Of a stretch of DNA of 35,414 nucleotides, positions 23,909-32,048 are shown piece by piece. The first letter of the stretch is position 1. The number at the start of each line of letters is the position of its first letter. Source of the stretch: a virus (lineage: Duplodnaviria; Caudoviricetes); IMG/VR virus record IMGVR_UViG_3300032290_000948, positions 1 to 35,414 of that record; one strand, written 5' to 3'. The position numbers and the translations under genes were made by a program. Below the pieces are notes generated by a model, which was not told where the DNA came from, made no database searches, and saw only the letters and a program-made list of their open reading frames with translations.

Positions 23909-24411
23909 TGGTTGGCTTGGTCGTAAAGAGCGTTGACGACGATGCCACGATCGCCGGGGTACAGATCTAAGGGTTCTTCGTTAAGCCACAAGGCCATCTC
24001 ACGGATTGCGGCTCGGGCTTCTTCCTCCCAGTTGACGGGCTCATCGTCTCGACCAATGGCGCGGGCCACTCGACCCACCAGTGAACTACCAACTTGGTTT
24101 GAATTGGGAGCTGGCTTGGAGTTGGGCGTCAACAATGCGTGTAACTCCGCCTGTTGCTTTGCAGTCAGTTTCAGCGGTTTGCTGATTTGGTAGACCTTTG
24201 ATGCTTGACGTTCAGCAGCTTCCAGCGCCTCAACCCGGCTTGCCAAGGCCAAGATGTTGGCGCTGGTTTCGACGATGTGCTTCTGAGCGGCATCTTCCAG
24301 TACCTCAACCCTGGTGCGGAGTCCAAGGATGCAGGGCGCCCATGGCTGGCTGCCGTGGCTGCACCTTTCCAGTTCGTGCCACTGCTCTGGCGTTGCTTGG
24401 TAGTCGGTCAC
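23905..24411 (-). CDS. Hypothetical coiled-coil protein with an internal repeat
   Basis: ILGLRTRVEVLE / ILALASRVEALE duplicated; GTGA overlap. Confidence 0.7.
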   Translation of the reverse strand: MTDYQATPEQWHELERCSHGSQPWAPCILGLRTRVEVLEDAAQKHIVETSANILALASRVEALEAAERQASKVYQISKPLKLTAKQQAELHALLTPNSKPAPNSNQVGSSLVGRVARAIGRDDEPVNWEEEARAAIREMALWLNEEPLDLYPGDRGIVVNALYDQANQ

Positions 24412-24581
24412 AGTCGAACCTCCACATCCACCCAGTAGCGGCAGCTGCCGTCCATGGTCATGTTCTGGTTGACGTGCAGCGACTCGACCAACAGCCCAGT
24501 GTCGTCGGTGAACTCGCGCAGAACCTGATTGATGCGTTCGCGCAAGGCCATCTTGGCGGCCCTGGCCTCTTCAATGTTCAC
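24408..24581 (-). CDS. 57-aa protein (MNIEEARAAKMALRERINQVLREFTDDTGLLVESL...YWVDVEVRL), GnsA-like pattern; not in ORF track
   Basis: Translated by hand; GGAGG RBS; GTGA overlaps at both ends. Confidence 0.6.
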   Translation of the reverse strand: MNIEEARAAKMALRERINQVLREFTDDTGLLVESLHVNQNMTMDGSCRYWVDVEVRL

Positions 24582-24808
24582 GCCGCCACCTCCACCGCAG
24601 CACCAGGCCAGCGGTTCGCGGCGTACTTCATCGCCAGGGCCTTGCTCTCAGCCATCAGCATCACCTTCATCGGCTTTGCTGTCTGCTGACGCACCAGCAG
24701 CGTGAAACGTCGGGCTCTTTGAGGATCAGCCGCCCGGCTGACTCCAGGCCCAAATGCACCTTGCGGGTGCTCCTGCCACTGAAAAGTGACCGGTCCAGAT
24801 CCATTCAT
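24578..24808 (-). CDS. Small hypothetical protein
   Basis: FG.GVSR...PM.V...AES...A.KYA.NRWP.A. Confidence 0.65.
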   Translation of the reverse strand: MNGSGPVTFQWQEHPQGAFGPGVSRAADPQRARRFTLLVRQQTAKPMKVMLMAESKALAMKYAANRWPGAAVEVAA

Positions 24809-24812
24809 GTCG

Positions 24813-25067
24813 TTAGTTGTCGTTGGATGCTTGAACGTATTCGACGGTCTTGCGGATCCGTCCTGCAGCTTCCTCGTGACCCTCGTGGGTCATCATGTCA
24901 GCCGCGCAGAGCATGCCGGCCCGAAACGACTCGCGCATGCTCTTCTGCATGATCTCGGCAGCCGCAGCTACGTCGATCACTGAGGCTGGTGGGTACCGCA
25001 GCCGAAACACCAGCTTTCCAGCTGCTGCTCCAAGCGCCACGATTCCCACGAACTCCAGTAGTGTCAT
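24813..25067 (-). CDS. Small N-terminal-TM protein
   Basis: AGGAGG RBS; hydrophobic N-terminus. Confidence 0.6.
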   Translation of the reverse strand: MTLLEFVGIVALGAAAGKLVFRLRYPPASVIDVAAAAEIMQKSMRESFRAGMLCAADMMTHEGHEEAAGRIRKTVEYVQASNDN

Positions 25068-25140
25068 CTGCCCTCCTGGGCGGCGGACCGGCCTATCAAA
25101 GCAACACCACCGACCCGCCGCCGCTCTTTGTTACTTTTCT

Positions 25141-25620
25141 TCATGTCACGTAGAACTGCTGGTAGCTGTTCTCCTCAAGCCATGCCTTGAACTCACCCTC
25201 GGCATCCTCGTGAGCATCGTTCTCGATCTCCTCGTAGACGCCTGGCCCGAGCTCATCCGCCAGCAGTGACCGCATCCGGGACTGCTTCATCTGCATGAAC
25301 TTCTCGCGCTGCACATCGATCAAGCTGCGGCGCGCACCAATTCCGCCATCGATGCCCTCAAGCTTTAGCAGGCAGCGTTTCGCCTCAGTCGCGAACGCCA
25401 GCGTGATCCGGCGCTTCTTGCGGGCCTTGTGCATCCAGTCCCGATCGAACAGCACACCAGCCTCGTTCTCAAGCCGGTACGCCTCCCTGATCGAGTCATC
25501 CATCGTATGAACCGCCAGCGTCAGTTCCACGTGAAACCGTCGAGCCTCTTCAAGCTGCAGCTCGTGAACTGAACTGATCTCGATTTCGCGCTGTAGCTCG
25601 GTGCTTCGAAAAGTAAGCAT
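25141..25620 (-). CDS. Hypothetical helical protein
   Basis: GC3-biased ORF; start reassigned to ATG 25620. Confidence 0.65.
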   Translation of the reverse strand: MLTFRSTELQREIEISSVHELQLEEARRFHVELTLAVHTMDDSIREAYRLENEAGVLFDRDWMHKARKKRRITLAFATEAKRCLLKLEGIDGGIGARRSLIDVQREKFMQMKQSRMRSLLADELGPGVYEEIENDAHEDAEGEFKAWLEENSYQQFYVT

Positions 25621-26089
25621 GTTGTCCAGTGATGTAATTGATTGGATCCTGTTTGATCTCCCATTCGCCGAGCAGGCGGTACTCTCCATACCTGCCCGAC
25701 AGGAAGTTGCTCATCGTCTTCCAGTGAACGCTGAGCGCGTGAGCGGCCTCCCGCTCACGGCCGAACAATACCTCAACGCTCTTCGCAGCATTGGCCTTCA
25801 ACACCCACCGCGGGTACAGCACCGGGTCGGGCTTCAGGTCGTCGTGACTGGCGATCCACCAGATCAGGCGACCTTTCTTGCACCAGCCTTCGTACCGCAG
25901 CAGCCCGGCACGCTTGAGGCGCGCCAGCGCCAGATTGGTGGAGCTGGACTGGACACCCAGTCGCTCCACCAGATCCTGGGTGGTGAAAAGCCCCGGCCCG
26001 AGCTCCTGCAGCTGCAACAGCGTCAGGATGGTCTCAGGCCGGTGGCAGCGGCGCAGCTCAGCAAGCCAGGCTGTGCGCTCGCTGGGCAT
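25550..26089 (-). CDS. Winged-HTH DNA-binding protein
   Basis: TTQDLVERLGVQSSSTNLALARLKRAGLL wHTH; second HTH-like segment REAAHALSVHWKTMSNFL. Confidence 0.7.
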   Translation of the reverse strand: MPSERTAWLAELRRCHRPETILTLLQLQELGPGLFTTQDLVERLGVQSSSTNLALARLKRAGLLRYEGWCKKGRLIWWIASHDDLKPDPVLYPRWVLKANAAKSVEVLFGREREAAHALSVHWKTMSNFLSGRYGEYRLLGEWEIKQDPINYITGQHAYFSKHRATARNRDQFSSRAAA

Positions 26090-26490
26090 CAGAAGGGAAT
26101 TCCGTCGTCGTAGTCGGACGGCTCATAGCCGGTGGGTGCGGCAGCAGCCCGAGCTGGTGCAGGTGCCGGCGCAGCACCTTCAGCTCGAGCCTGCCAGCTC
26201 TCCACCGAGGCGTTCTTGACCACCACCGCCTTCTTCAGCTCGCCGGTGGTCTTGTCGTTCCAGCTCTCCTCTGCCACCTGGCCGGTGACACAGACGCTGG
26301 CGCCCTTCTTCAGATAGTTGGCCACATACTCGGCCTGTTTGCCCCACACCTCCACCTTCACCCAGAAAGCTGGTGCATCCTTCTTCTGCTGGCGCACAGC
26401 CAGCGAGAATTTCGCGACCATCTGGCCGGATTGAGTGGTCTGGAATTCAGGATCGCGGCCGAGGTTGCCCGTCAGTGTTGCGTTGAACAT
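26089..26490 (-). CDS. ssb: Single-stranded DNA-binding protein
   Basis: L.GNLGRDPE, W..V.VWGKQAE....YLKKG..V.V.G, acidic DDGIPF tail. Confidence 0.95.
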   Translation of the reverse strand: MFNATLTGNLGRDPEFQTTQSGQMVAKFSLAVRQQKKDAPAFWVKVEVWGKQAEYVANYLKKGASVCVTGQVAEESWNDKTTGELKKAVVVKNASVESWQARAEGAAPAPAPARAAAAPTGYEPSDYDDGIPF

Positions 26491-26496
26491 GGCTGA

Positions 26497-26748
26497 TCAG
26501 TTGTCTTTGGGTTTGCAGATGATGAAGCAGCCAAGCCCATCCCGGCGCTTGCGCACCGAGTAACGGCGAGACAGCTCGCGACGGCTCAGATTACCCACCA
26601 CCTGGGTGATGGTGCCGGGCTTGTACTCATCAAACCCGACCTCGATGGCCTCGCCTGGCTCAAGATCAAGGATCTCGGAGCGGAGCGGCGTCGTACTAGA
26701 ACGACGACCGACCTGCGCGAGAGCCTCCTCTGCTGTGATGCGATTCAT
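26497..26748 (-). CDS. Small basic protein, putative DNA-binding
   Basis: LEPGEA......RRYSVRK; ATGA overlap. Confidence 0.6.
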   Translation of the reverse strand: MNRITAEEALAQVGRRSSTTPLRSEILDLEPGEAIEVGFDEYKPGTITQVVGNLSRRELSRRYSVRKRRDGLGCFIICKPKDN

Positions 26749-26963
26749 TTCTCTGGTCTTGGGTTGTTGGGAAAGCCGCGCATGTTGCGCTGCTCAAATT
26801 GGACGATTTCGTGGATTGGATAGAGCACTCGACCGCCGGCCTTAAACCAGCGCGGACCACGCTGCTGTGAACGCCAGTTGTCTAGCGTGCTGAGAGTGAC
26901 GACATTGCGCCAGCGCTCAGCTAGCTCGCGTGGGGTCAGGTACGTCTCACCAGACTGAATCAT
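26745..26963 (-). CDS. Excisionase / AlpA-like HTH protein
   Basis: YLTP.ELAERW.....TL.NWR....GP...K.G.RVLY. Confidence 0.85.
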   Translation of the reverse strand: MIQSGETYLTPRELAERWRNVVTLSTLDNWRSQQRGPRWFKAGGRVLYPIHEIVQFEQRNMRGFPNNPRPEK

Positions 26964-27612
26964 CCGTTGCCTCCTGTGGTTCAGTTTCTTGTTGGATCTT
27001 CTGGTTCAAATCGCTCACGATAGTCGCTTGTTCTGTTACTTTTACTTCTTCAATATCAACGACTTCTTCTTGGGTCTTCATCCCAACCAAGAATTCGGGC
27101 ACGTAAAGCCGGCCCCAGAAAGCAGCCGCTCGGTAACGAACCATCAGATCAGGCATTGTCTGCCACTTAGAGCCAGACTTCGTCGCCCATCCTTCACGCT
27201 TAGCCATTGCCATGGTCACAACAGGACCCTTCAGCTCCTTGCCGGTGGCAAGCTCTGTGGCATAAGCAAAACAGGACAGAGAATCCCCCTCGCCGCTGAC
27301 GTTGTAGTCCAGCGGCGAAAACCTCCCGCACCCATTGATCATCGCGATGATGAACTGAGACGACCAGCTAGGGCGTCCGTGAATGATGTGAAGGTTCTGC
27401 ATAACCTGCAAAGGGCTCAGCCCCATGCGGCCGGCGATCTCCATCGCTACCAGCGTATTCGCCAGGCCCTGTTGCCCTTGGTATTCCTTCGGTACCAAAG
27501 CAGACGAAGCCAAGGCCTTGCCGATGCGCTGCGCGTTCTCAAACTGTTGAATCCCGGTGAACACACCGTCACTCACTTGGCTTAGCACCAGCGCGTTTTT
27601 GTCGCTTGTCAT
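26947..27612 (-). CDS. RecT-like single-strand annealing recombinase
   Basis: LA.S.LVP..Y......A.E....G.SP..VMQNL..I.GRP, MA..EGW....KW...P..M..YRAA; coupled to an exonuclease. Confidence 0.75.
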   Translation of the reverse strand: MTSDKNALVLSQVSDGVFTGIQQFENAQRIGKALASSALVPKEYQGQQGLANTLVAMEIAGRMGLSPLQVMQNLHIIHGRPSWSSQFIIAMINGCGRFSPLDYNVSGEGDSLSCFAYATELATGKELKGPVVTMAMAKREGWATKSGSKWQTMPDLMVRYRAAAFWGRLYVPEFLVGMKTQEEVVDIEEVKVTEQATIVSDLNQKIQQETEPQEATDDSVW

Positions 27613-28433
27613 TAGAAACCTTCGATTTCGGTGATGGAATCAGACTGATCTTCTTGGAGCCAGTCGGGGACTACTAGCGACTGTATTTCATCGCCATAGC
27701 CCGGCCACTTGCTCTCTTCTTTGCATGTGGCAAGGAGTCGCAGGTCTTGTAATGCCTCCCTTGAACCACGTTCCAGCAGTTCCGGCGGTGTTGCGTAGAC
27801 CGCGACACAATAGGGAGGCTTCTTTTCGACTGCGATGAACAGAAACTGTTCTGCGCCAATGCCTTGACTGTAAAACGCCGCCTGAACGTGGTACCGATAC
27901 TTCATTACCGAACGAATGAAGCCGCGAGGACTTGCATCGTCTGTAGTTTTGACATCGGCAATTAACTTTCGGTTATCGCTGTGCCAGTCCGGCCGGCACT
28001 TGCAATCCACACCGGTGGCCTCGTCAGTCCAGAAGTACGACTGCTCGCACTTGCCCGGCAGCCGCAGGATTGTCCGGGCAGCCGGGTGACGATGCACCGC
28101 TGCAGCCATGGCCTCAATCTGAGCGGCGTCCTCAGCCTTGAGCAGGGTGCGCCCTTCGGCCTGCGCCTCAAAATCCGCCCACCGGAGTTTGCCCTCCTTG
28201 GTGCGGCGATCGATGCCCTCCGGCGCCACGATGTATTCGTCATCGAACAGGTGCGGCTCCAGCACCCGCGCATGCAGTGCAGATCCCAGCACCATGGCCG
28301 GCGTCGGCGGCTCAATGATCCGGTCAGGGTTGAGGTAGCGGTTCCAGTAGTGCAGCGGCGAACGCCGCACCTGGTCGAGACCGCTCTTCGATACCTCTGG
28401 CCGAGCGTGGTACTCGGCGTTGGTCAGCCCCAT
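27612..28433 (-). CDS. RecE / exonuclease VIII-like PD-(D/E)xK nuclease
   Basis: N.EYH...VSKS.L, G.A.H..VLEP, DRRTK.GK, CKCRPD, D.KTT.DAS, YH.QAA.Y, F.FIAVEK. Confidence 0.9.
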   Translation of the reverse strand: MGLTNAEYHARPEVSKSGLDQVRRSPLHYWNRYLNPDRIIEPPTPAMVLGSALHARVLEPHLFDDEYIVAPEGIDRRTKEGKLRWADFEAQAEGRTLLKAEDAAQIEAMAAAVHRHPAARTILRLPGKCEQSYFWTDEATGVDCKCRPDWHSDNRKLIADVKTTDDASPRGFIRSVMKYRYHVQAAFYSQGIGAEQFLFIAVEKKPPYCVAVYATPPELLERGSREALQDLRLLATCKEESKWPGYGDEIQSLVVPDWLQEDQSDSITEIEGF

Positions 28434-28591
28434 AGGCTTGACTTGCGTCTGTGGACAAAAGCTTACCGCTGTTTCCCGCACCTTCACGCTCTCCTGTTGC
28501 GTTTCTTCACACTTCACGGGAATTCCCGGCTAAGTGCTTATTATTGCTTGGCTTTTTGATTTATCCCTTGCGGACCACTTAGGTCAAGACC
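28434..28591. promoter_or_regulatory. Divergent early promoter region
   Basis: AT-richer gap between oppositely oriented operons; CTTCAC x3 and a 12-bp palindrome CGGGAATTCCCG (28517-28528). Confidence 0.55.
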
Positions 28592-29959
28592 ATGCTCAGA
28601 CCCCGTCAACAAAAAGCTATTCAGGACGTTCGGGCTGCTTACAGGGCCGGTTACCGGGCGCCTCTGCTCTGCGCCGCCACCGGTTTTGGCAAGACCCACG
28701 CGGCCGCCGAGATCATCAAATCCGCCATCGAGCGCGGCAACGACGTCTGGTTCCTCGCCCACCTTCGCGAGATCCTTGACGACACCGCTCGCCGCCTCGC
28801 CGCAGCCGATATCCCACACGGCTTCATCATGGCCGGCATGCCCCGGAACCCGTTCAAACCGGTGCAGATCGTCTCGGTGCAGACTGCTGTCCGCCGGCCG
28901 GTGGTCAAGCAGCCCGGCCTGATCATCGTCGACGAGTGCCACCTGGCCATCGCCGACACCTACAAGCAGGTATTGGCCGCCGCAGGGAATCCGCCAATAC
29001 TTGGCCTCACCGGCACACCCTGCCGTCTCGATGGCCGCGGCCTGGGCGAGCTCTTCGACACCATCATCCCCACCTGCTCCACCGGCGACCTCATCGCCGA
29101 GGGCCTGCTCGCACCCATCCGCTACTACGCACCCACCAAGCCCGACCTCTCCGGCATCCGCTCACGCGCCGGTGACTACGCCCTCGATCAGCTGGCTGAA
29201 GCCGTCGATCGGCCATCGATCATCGGTGACGCTGTCACTCACTACCGGCGCTATGCCCACGGTCGCCGGGCTGTCGCTTTCTGCGTCAACATCGCCCACG
29301 CCGAGCACACCGCAGCAGCCTTCACCGCTGCCGGCTACCGGGCCGTCGCCATCTCCGGCAACTCCACCCGCCAGGAGCGCCAGGACGCCCTGACCGGCCT
29401 GCGCCAGGGCGCCATCGACATCGTCTGCAACTGCGCTCTCTGGGTTGCCGGTGTCGACTGCCCCGAAATCGGCTGCGTCATCCTGCTGCGCCCCACCAAA
29501 AGCCTGACCATGTACCTCCAGTCCGTAGGTCGTGGTCTGCGGACATGCGCTGGCAAGCCCGATCTGATCGTCTTAGATCACGCAAGCTGCGTCTTCACAC
29601 ATGGCCTGCCGCAGGAGCCCCGAGAGTGGTCTCTGGATGCCAAGCCAAAGCGATCAGGCGCCAAGCCACCAGCTGCCACTGAATGTCCGTCTTGCTTTGC
29701 CTGCCATGCTCCAGCTCCTGCTTGCCCCTGCTGTGGCCACGTATATGTCCGGGAAACAGTGCCGCAAGGCCCTCAACAACTCGACGGCCAGCTGGTGGAG
29801 GTGGATGAAGCAGCTCTACGCCGTCAGCGGTCTCGCGAGCAAGCCGGCGCGCAAACGCTCGAGCAACTAATTGAGATCGGCCGCAAGCGTGGGATGCGAT
29901 CACCCCACGGGTGGGCGAGGCACGTCTTGGCTGCCCGGCAACGAAAGAGGGCAGCATGA
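28592..29959 (+). CDS. Superfamily 2 (DExH) helicase with C-terminal Zn finger
   Basis: LRPRQ, ATGFGKT, DECH, LTGTP.R, LRPTKS, Q.VGRGLR, CPSC..CPCCG. Confidence 0.93.
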   Translation: MLRPRQQKAIQDVRAAYRAGYRAPLLCAATGFGKTHAAAEIIKSAIERGNDVWFLAHLREILDDTARRLAAADIPHGFIMAGMPRNPFKPVQIVSVQTAVRRPVVKQPGLIIVDECHLAIADTYKQVLAAAGNPPILGLTGTPCRLDGRGLGELFDTIIPTCSTGDLIAEGLLAPIRYYAPTKPDLSGIRSRAGDYALDQLAEAVDRPSIIGDAVTHYRRYAHGRRAVAFCVNIAHAEHTAAAFTAAGYRAVAISGNSTRQERQDALTGLRQGAIDIVCNCALWVAGVDCPEIGCVILLRPTKSLTMYLQSVGRGLRTCAGKPDLIVLDHASCVFTHGLPQEPREWSLDAKPKRSGAKPPAATECPSCFACHAPAPACPCCGHVYVRETVPQGPQQLDGQLVEVDEAALRRQRSREQAGAQTLEQLIEIGRKRGMRSPHGWARHVLAARQRKRAA

Positions 29960-30543
29960 GAAGTCGGATAAGATTGGTGTGCCCCAGCGGGTTGCCGCCC
30001 CTGGAGCGTGACCACCCGAAGTGCCGGATGATGCAAAAGCATAAACCGCTGCCAAGCGCAGCGCTGCTTCACGAATTGCTTGAATACGACCAGATCACTG
30101 GAGGCTTGCATTGGAAGGTGCGAGCCGCTCGAAACGTTTTCGCGGGCTCACCTGCCGGTTGCCTTACCAAAACGGGCTACCTCTGCATCAGGATAAATCG
30201 AGTTACATACAGAGCAAACCGAATTATTTGGCGCTGGATGACAGGAGAAGATCCTGGGCCTGACGTAATAGATCACATTGACGGTGACAGATTAAACAAT
30301 GCTTTTGACAACCTTCGCCGGGCTTCGTACGCAGAAAACAATAGGAATAGAACCGTAAACCGCAACAATACTTCTGGATACAAGGGAGTTTGCTGGCACA
30401 AGAATGAGAAAAAATGGTACGTCGCAATTCGGCACAACGGCGTGAAAAAGCACATTGGCTGCTTTTCTCAGCTAGAAGCCGCGCACGCCGCCTACCGCAA
30501 AGCATCAGCAGAGTTCCATGGCAAATTTGCGAGGGCCGCATGA
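29956..30543 (+). CDS. HNH-AP2 homing endonuclease (start may be 30028/30031)
   Basis: LL.YD..TG.L.W, IDHIDGDR.NN...NLR......N..N, NTSGYKGV.W.....W...I; AT-richer than its neighbours. Confidence 0.9.
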   Translation: MRSRIRLVCPSGLPPLERDHPKCRMMQKHKPLPSAALLHELLEYDQITGGLHWKVRAARNVFAGSPAGCLTKTGYLCIRINRVTYRANRIIWRWMTGEDPGPDVIDHIDGDRLNNAFDNLRRASYAENNRNRTVNRNNTSGYKGVCWHKNEKKWYVAIRHNGVKKHIGCFSQLEAAHAAYRKASAEFHGKFARAA

Positions 30544-30779
30544 TTGGAGACCCCAACCTCACCGACAGCTGGGAGCAGGGCCTCACAAAGCCCGGCCAAG
30601 CCCACTTCGCCGATCCATCCATCGGCGCCAACTGCGGCGATTGTCTCTACTTCGTGCCCAGGCCCTATGTGCAGATCAAGCGGTTCTGCTGCTCCAAGGC
30701 CAAGGCCATGTCCGGTAAGTGGCTCAAGCCGATACCGGCCAGCGCGATGGCCTGCAAATACTTCACGCGGCGGACATGA
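30540..30779 (+). CDS. Small Cys-rich protein
   Basis: CGDC.YF...C.K...ACKYF; ATGA overlap. Confidence 0.6.
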   Translation: MIGDPNLTDSWEQGLTKPGQAHFADPSIGANCGDCLYFVPRPYVQIKRFCCSKAKAMSGKWLKPIPASAMACKYFTRRT

Positions 30780-30804
30780 TGGAGACCGAGCCCTGCCCAG
30801 AACC

Positions 30805-31161
30805 GTGGCGAACGCTGAAACCGATCTGCAACAGCGCATCCGCCTGTCCCTCGGCCAGCTGCCCGACATCCGCCTCTGGCGCAACAACTCCGGCAAACTC
30901 CCAGACCCGCGCACCGGCCGCTGGGTGCAGTTCGGTGTCGCCTCACCCGGTGGATCCGACCTCATCGGCTATCGCACCATCACCATCACGCCCGACATGG
31001 TCGGTCGACGCATTGCTGTCTTCACCGCCATCGAGGTCAAGACCGCAACCGGTCGCGCCACCCCAGCCCAGCGGAACTTCATCGAGCACATCCGGAAGGC
31101 TGGGGGAATTGCTGGGATCGTGCGGTCGGTGGGGGATGCGCAGAGGATCATCCAGGGGTGA
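30805..31161 (+). CDS. VRR-NUC nuclease (GTG start)
   Basis: E..LQ..I, RNNSG, G.SDLIG, IEVK...GR....Q..F. Confidence 0.88.
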   Translation: MANAETDLQQRIRLSLGQLPDIRLWRNNSGKLPDPRTGRWVQFGVASPGGSDLIGYRTITITPDMVGRRIAVFTAIEVKTATGRATPAQRNFIEHIRKAGGIAGIVRSVGDAQRIIQG

Positions 31162-31825
31162 CCTTGCAGGCCGCGGCAACAAACTGTTCCTTCAGCATGC
31201 GCTTGCAAATCAAGTAGCCGCCAGAACGACCGACCCACTTGACTTGCAGCAGGTCATCATCGCCGCGATCCAGGAAGATCGCTTTTTTCGCAGCCAACCA
31301 GCTCTTGCGTGGCCAAAGCCAGCGGAAGTGGGGCTCTATCTTAAACATTTTATCTGCATAGTTATTTCTGTCATTAAAGTACTGTTCCCAGTTCTCAGAA
31401 AGAATGCTGAGTGTTCCGTGTGTTTCTTTGAAGCGCTTCCAGTACACTCGGAAGGAGCGTTCAAGATTAAAACCGCTCGCATCCACTATCCAAATCATGC
31501 GGCCGTAAAACTGCTCACGCTCACGGATCATGCTGGTGCTGATCGCGGACTTCTGAAACTCGATCACGCCTCTTGGCGTCAACACGTCGGCACGGTGGTC
31601 GCCGATGACCCGTTCCTGCCACTCAGCCGGAAACCTGTTCTTCCAGTCCAGGTGCCACGCGGACTCGGGCTCGGACCATGGGTCGCACTCGTTGCTGCGG
31701 TGCGCCCAGTGCCATTGCACCAGCTCGCCACACTTGGAATGCACTTCGCCGCCGCAGCCCGGACAGACAGCCATCAGACCAGGCTGCGCCTGGCTGCGGC
31801 GCCCATCAACCAAGGCCCACTTCAT
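31148..31825 (-). CDS. CoiA-like nuclease-family protein
   Basis: CP.CG..V..KCG....WHWAH, EPES.WH..WK, HRADV, IEFQ.S, RE.FY..M.W. Confidence 0.82.
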   Translation of the reverse strand: MKWALVDGRRSQAQPGLMAVCPGCGGEVHSKCGELVQWHWAHRSNECDPWSEPESAWHLDWKNRFPAEWQERVIGDHRADVLTPRGVIEFQKSAISTSMIREREQFYGRMIWIVDASGFNLERSFRVYWKRFKETHGTLSILSENWEQYFNDRNNYADKMFKIEPHFRWLWPRKSWLAAKKAIFLDRGDDDLLQVKWVGRSGGYLICKRMLKEQFVAAACKVTPG

Positions 31826-31880
31826 GTCAAATGCTGAAGGTTCCTGCAGACCTTAGCACTGAGAGGCACATGGCTGTACC

Positions 31881-32048
31881 ATGAGAGGCGCCACAGAGGC
31901 ACAATCCTTGAAACGAGTTCCCGTCCTTCTGCCGGAAGAGCTGCTGGCTTGGCTTGACGCCAAAACTGCCGGCATCGAAAACCGCGCCACTTTTATCCGC
32001 CGGCTTCTTTCCGAAGCGATGAAAGCCGATCAGAAGCAGGGGCGCTGA
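31881..32048 (+). CDS. Ribbon-helix-helix (CopG/Arc-like) regulator; not in ORF track (alternative TTG start 31908)
   Basis: Translated by hand: KRVPVLLPEELLAWLDAKTAGIENRATFIRRLLSEAM; TGATG coupling to the primase. Confidence 0.75.
   Translation: MRGATEAQSLKRVPVLLPEELLAWLDAKTAGIENRATFIRRLLSEAMKADQKQGR

Noticed and set aside
30719-31837. 372-aa plus-strand ORF
   Set aside because: Overlaps VRR-NUC in another frame and is antisense to the CoiA-like gene, both of which have clear motifs
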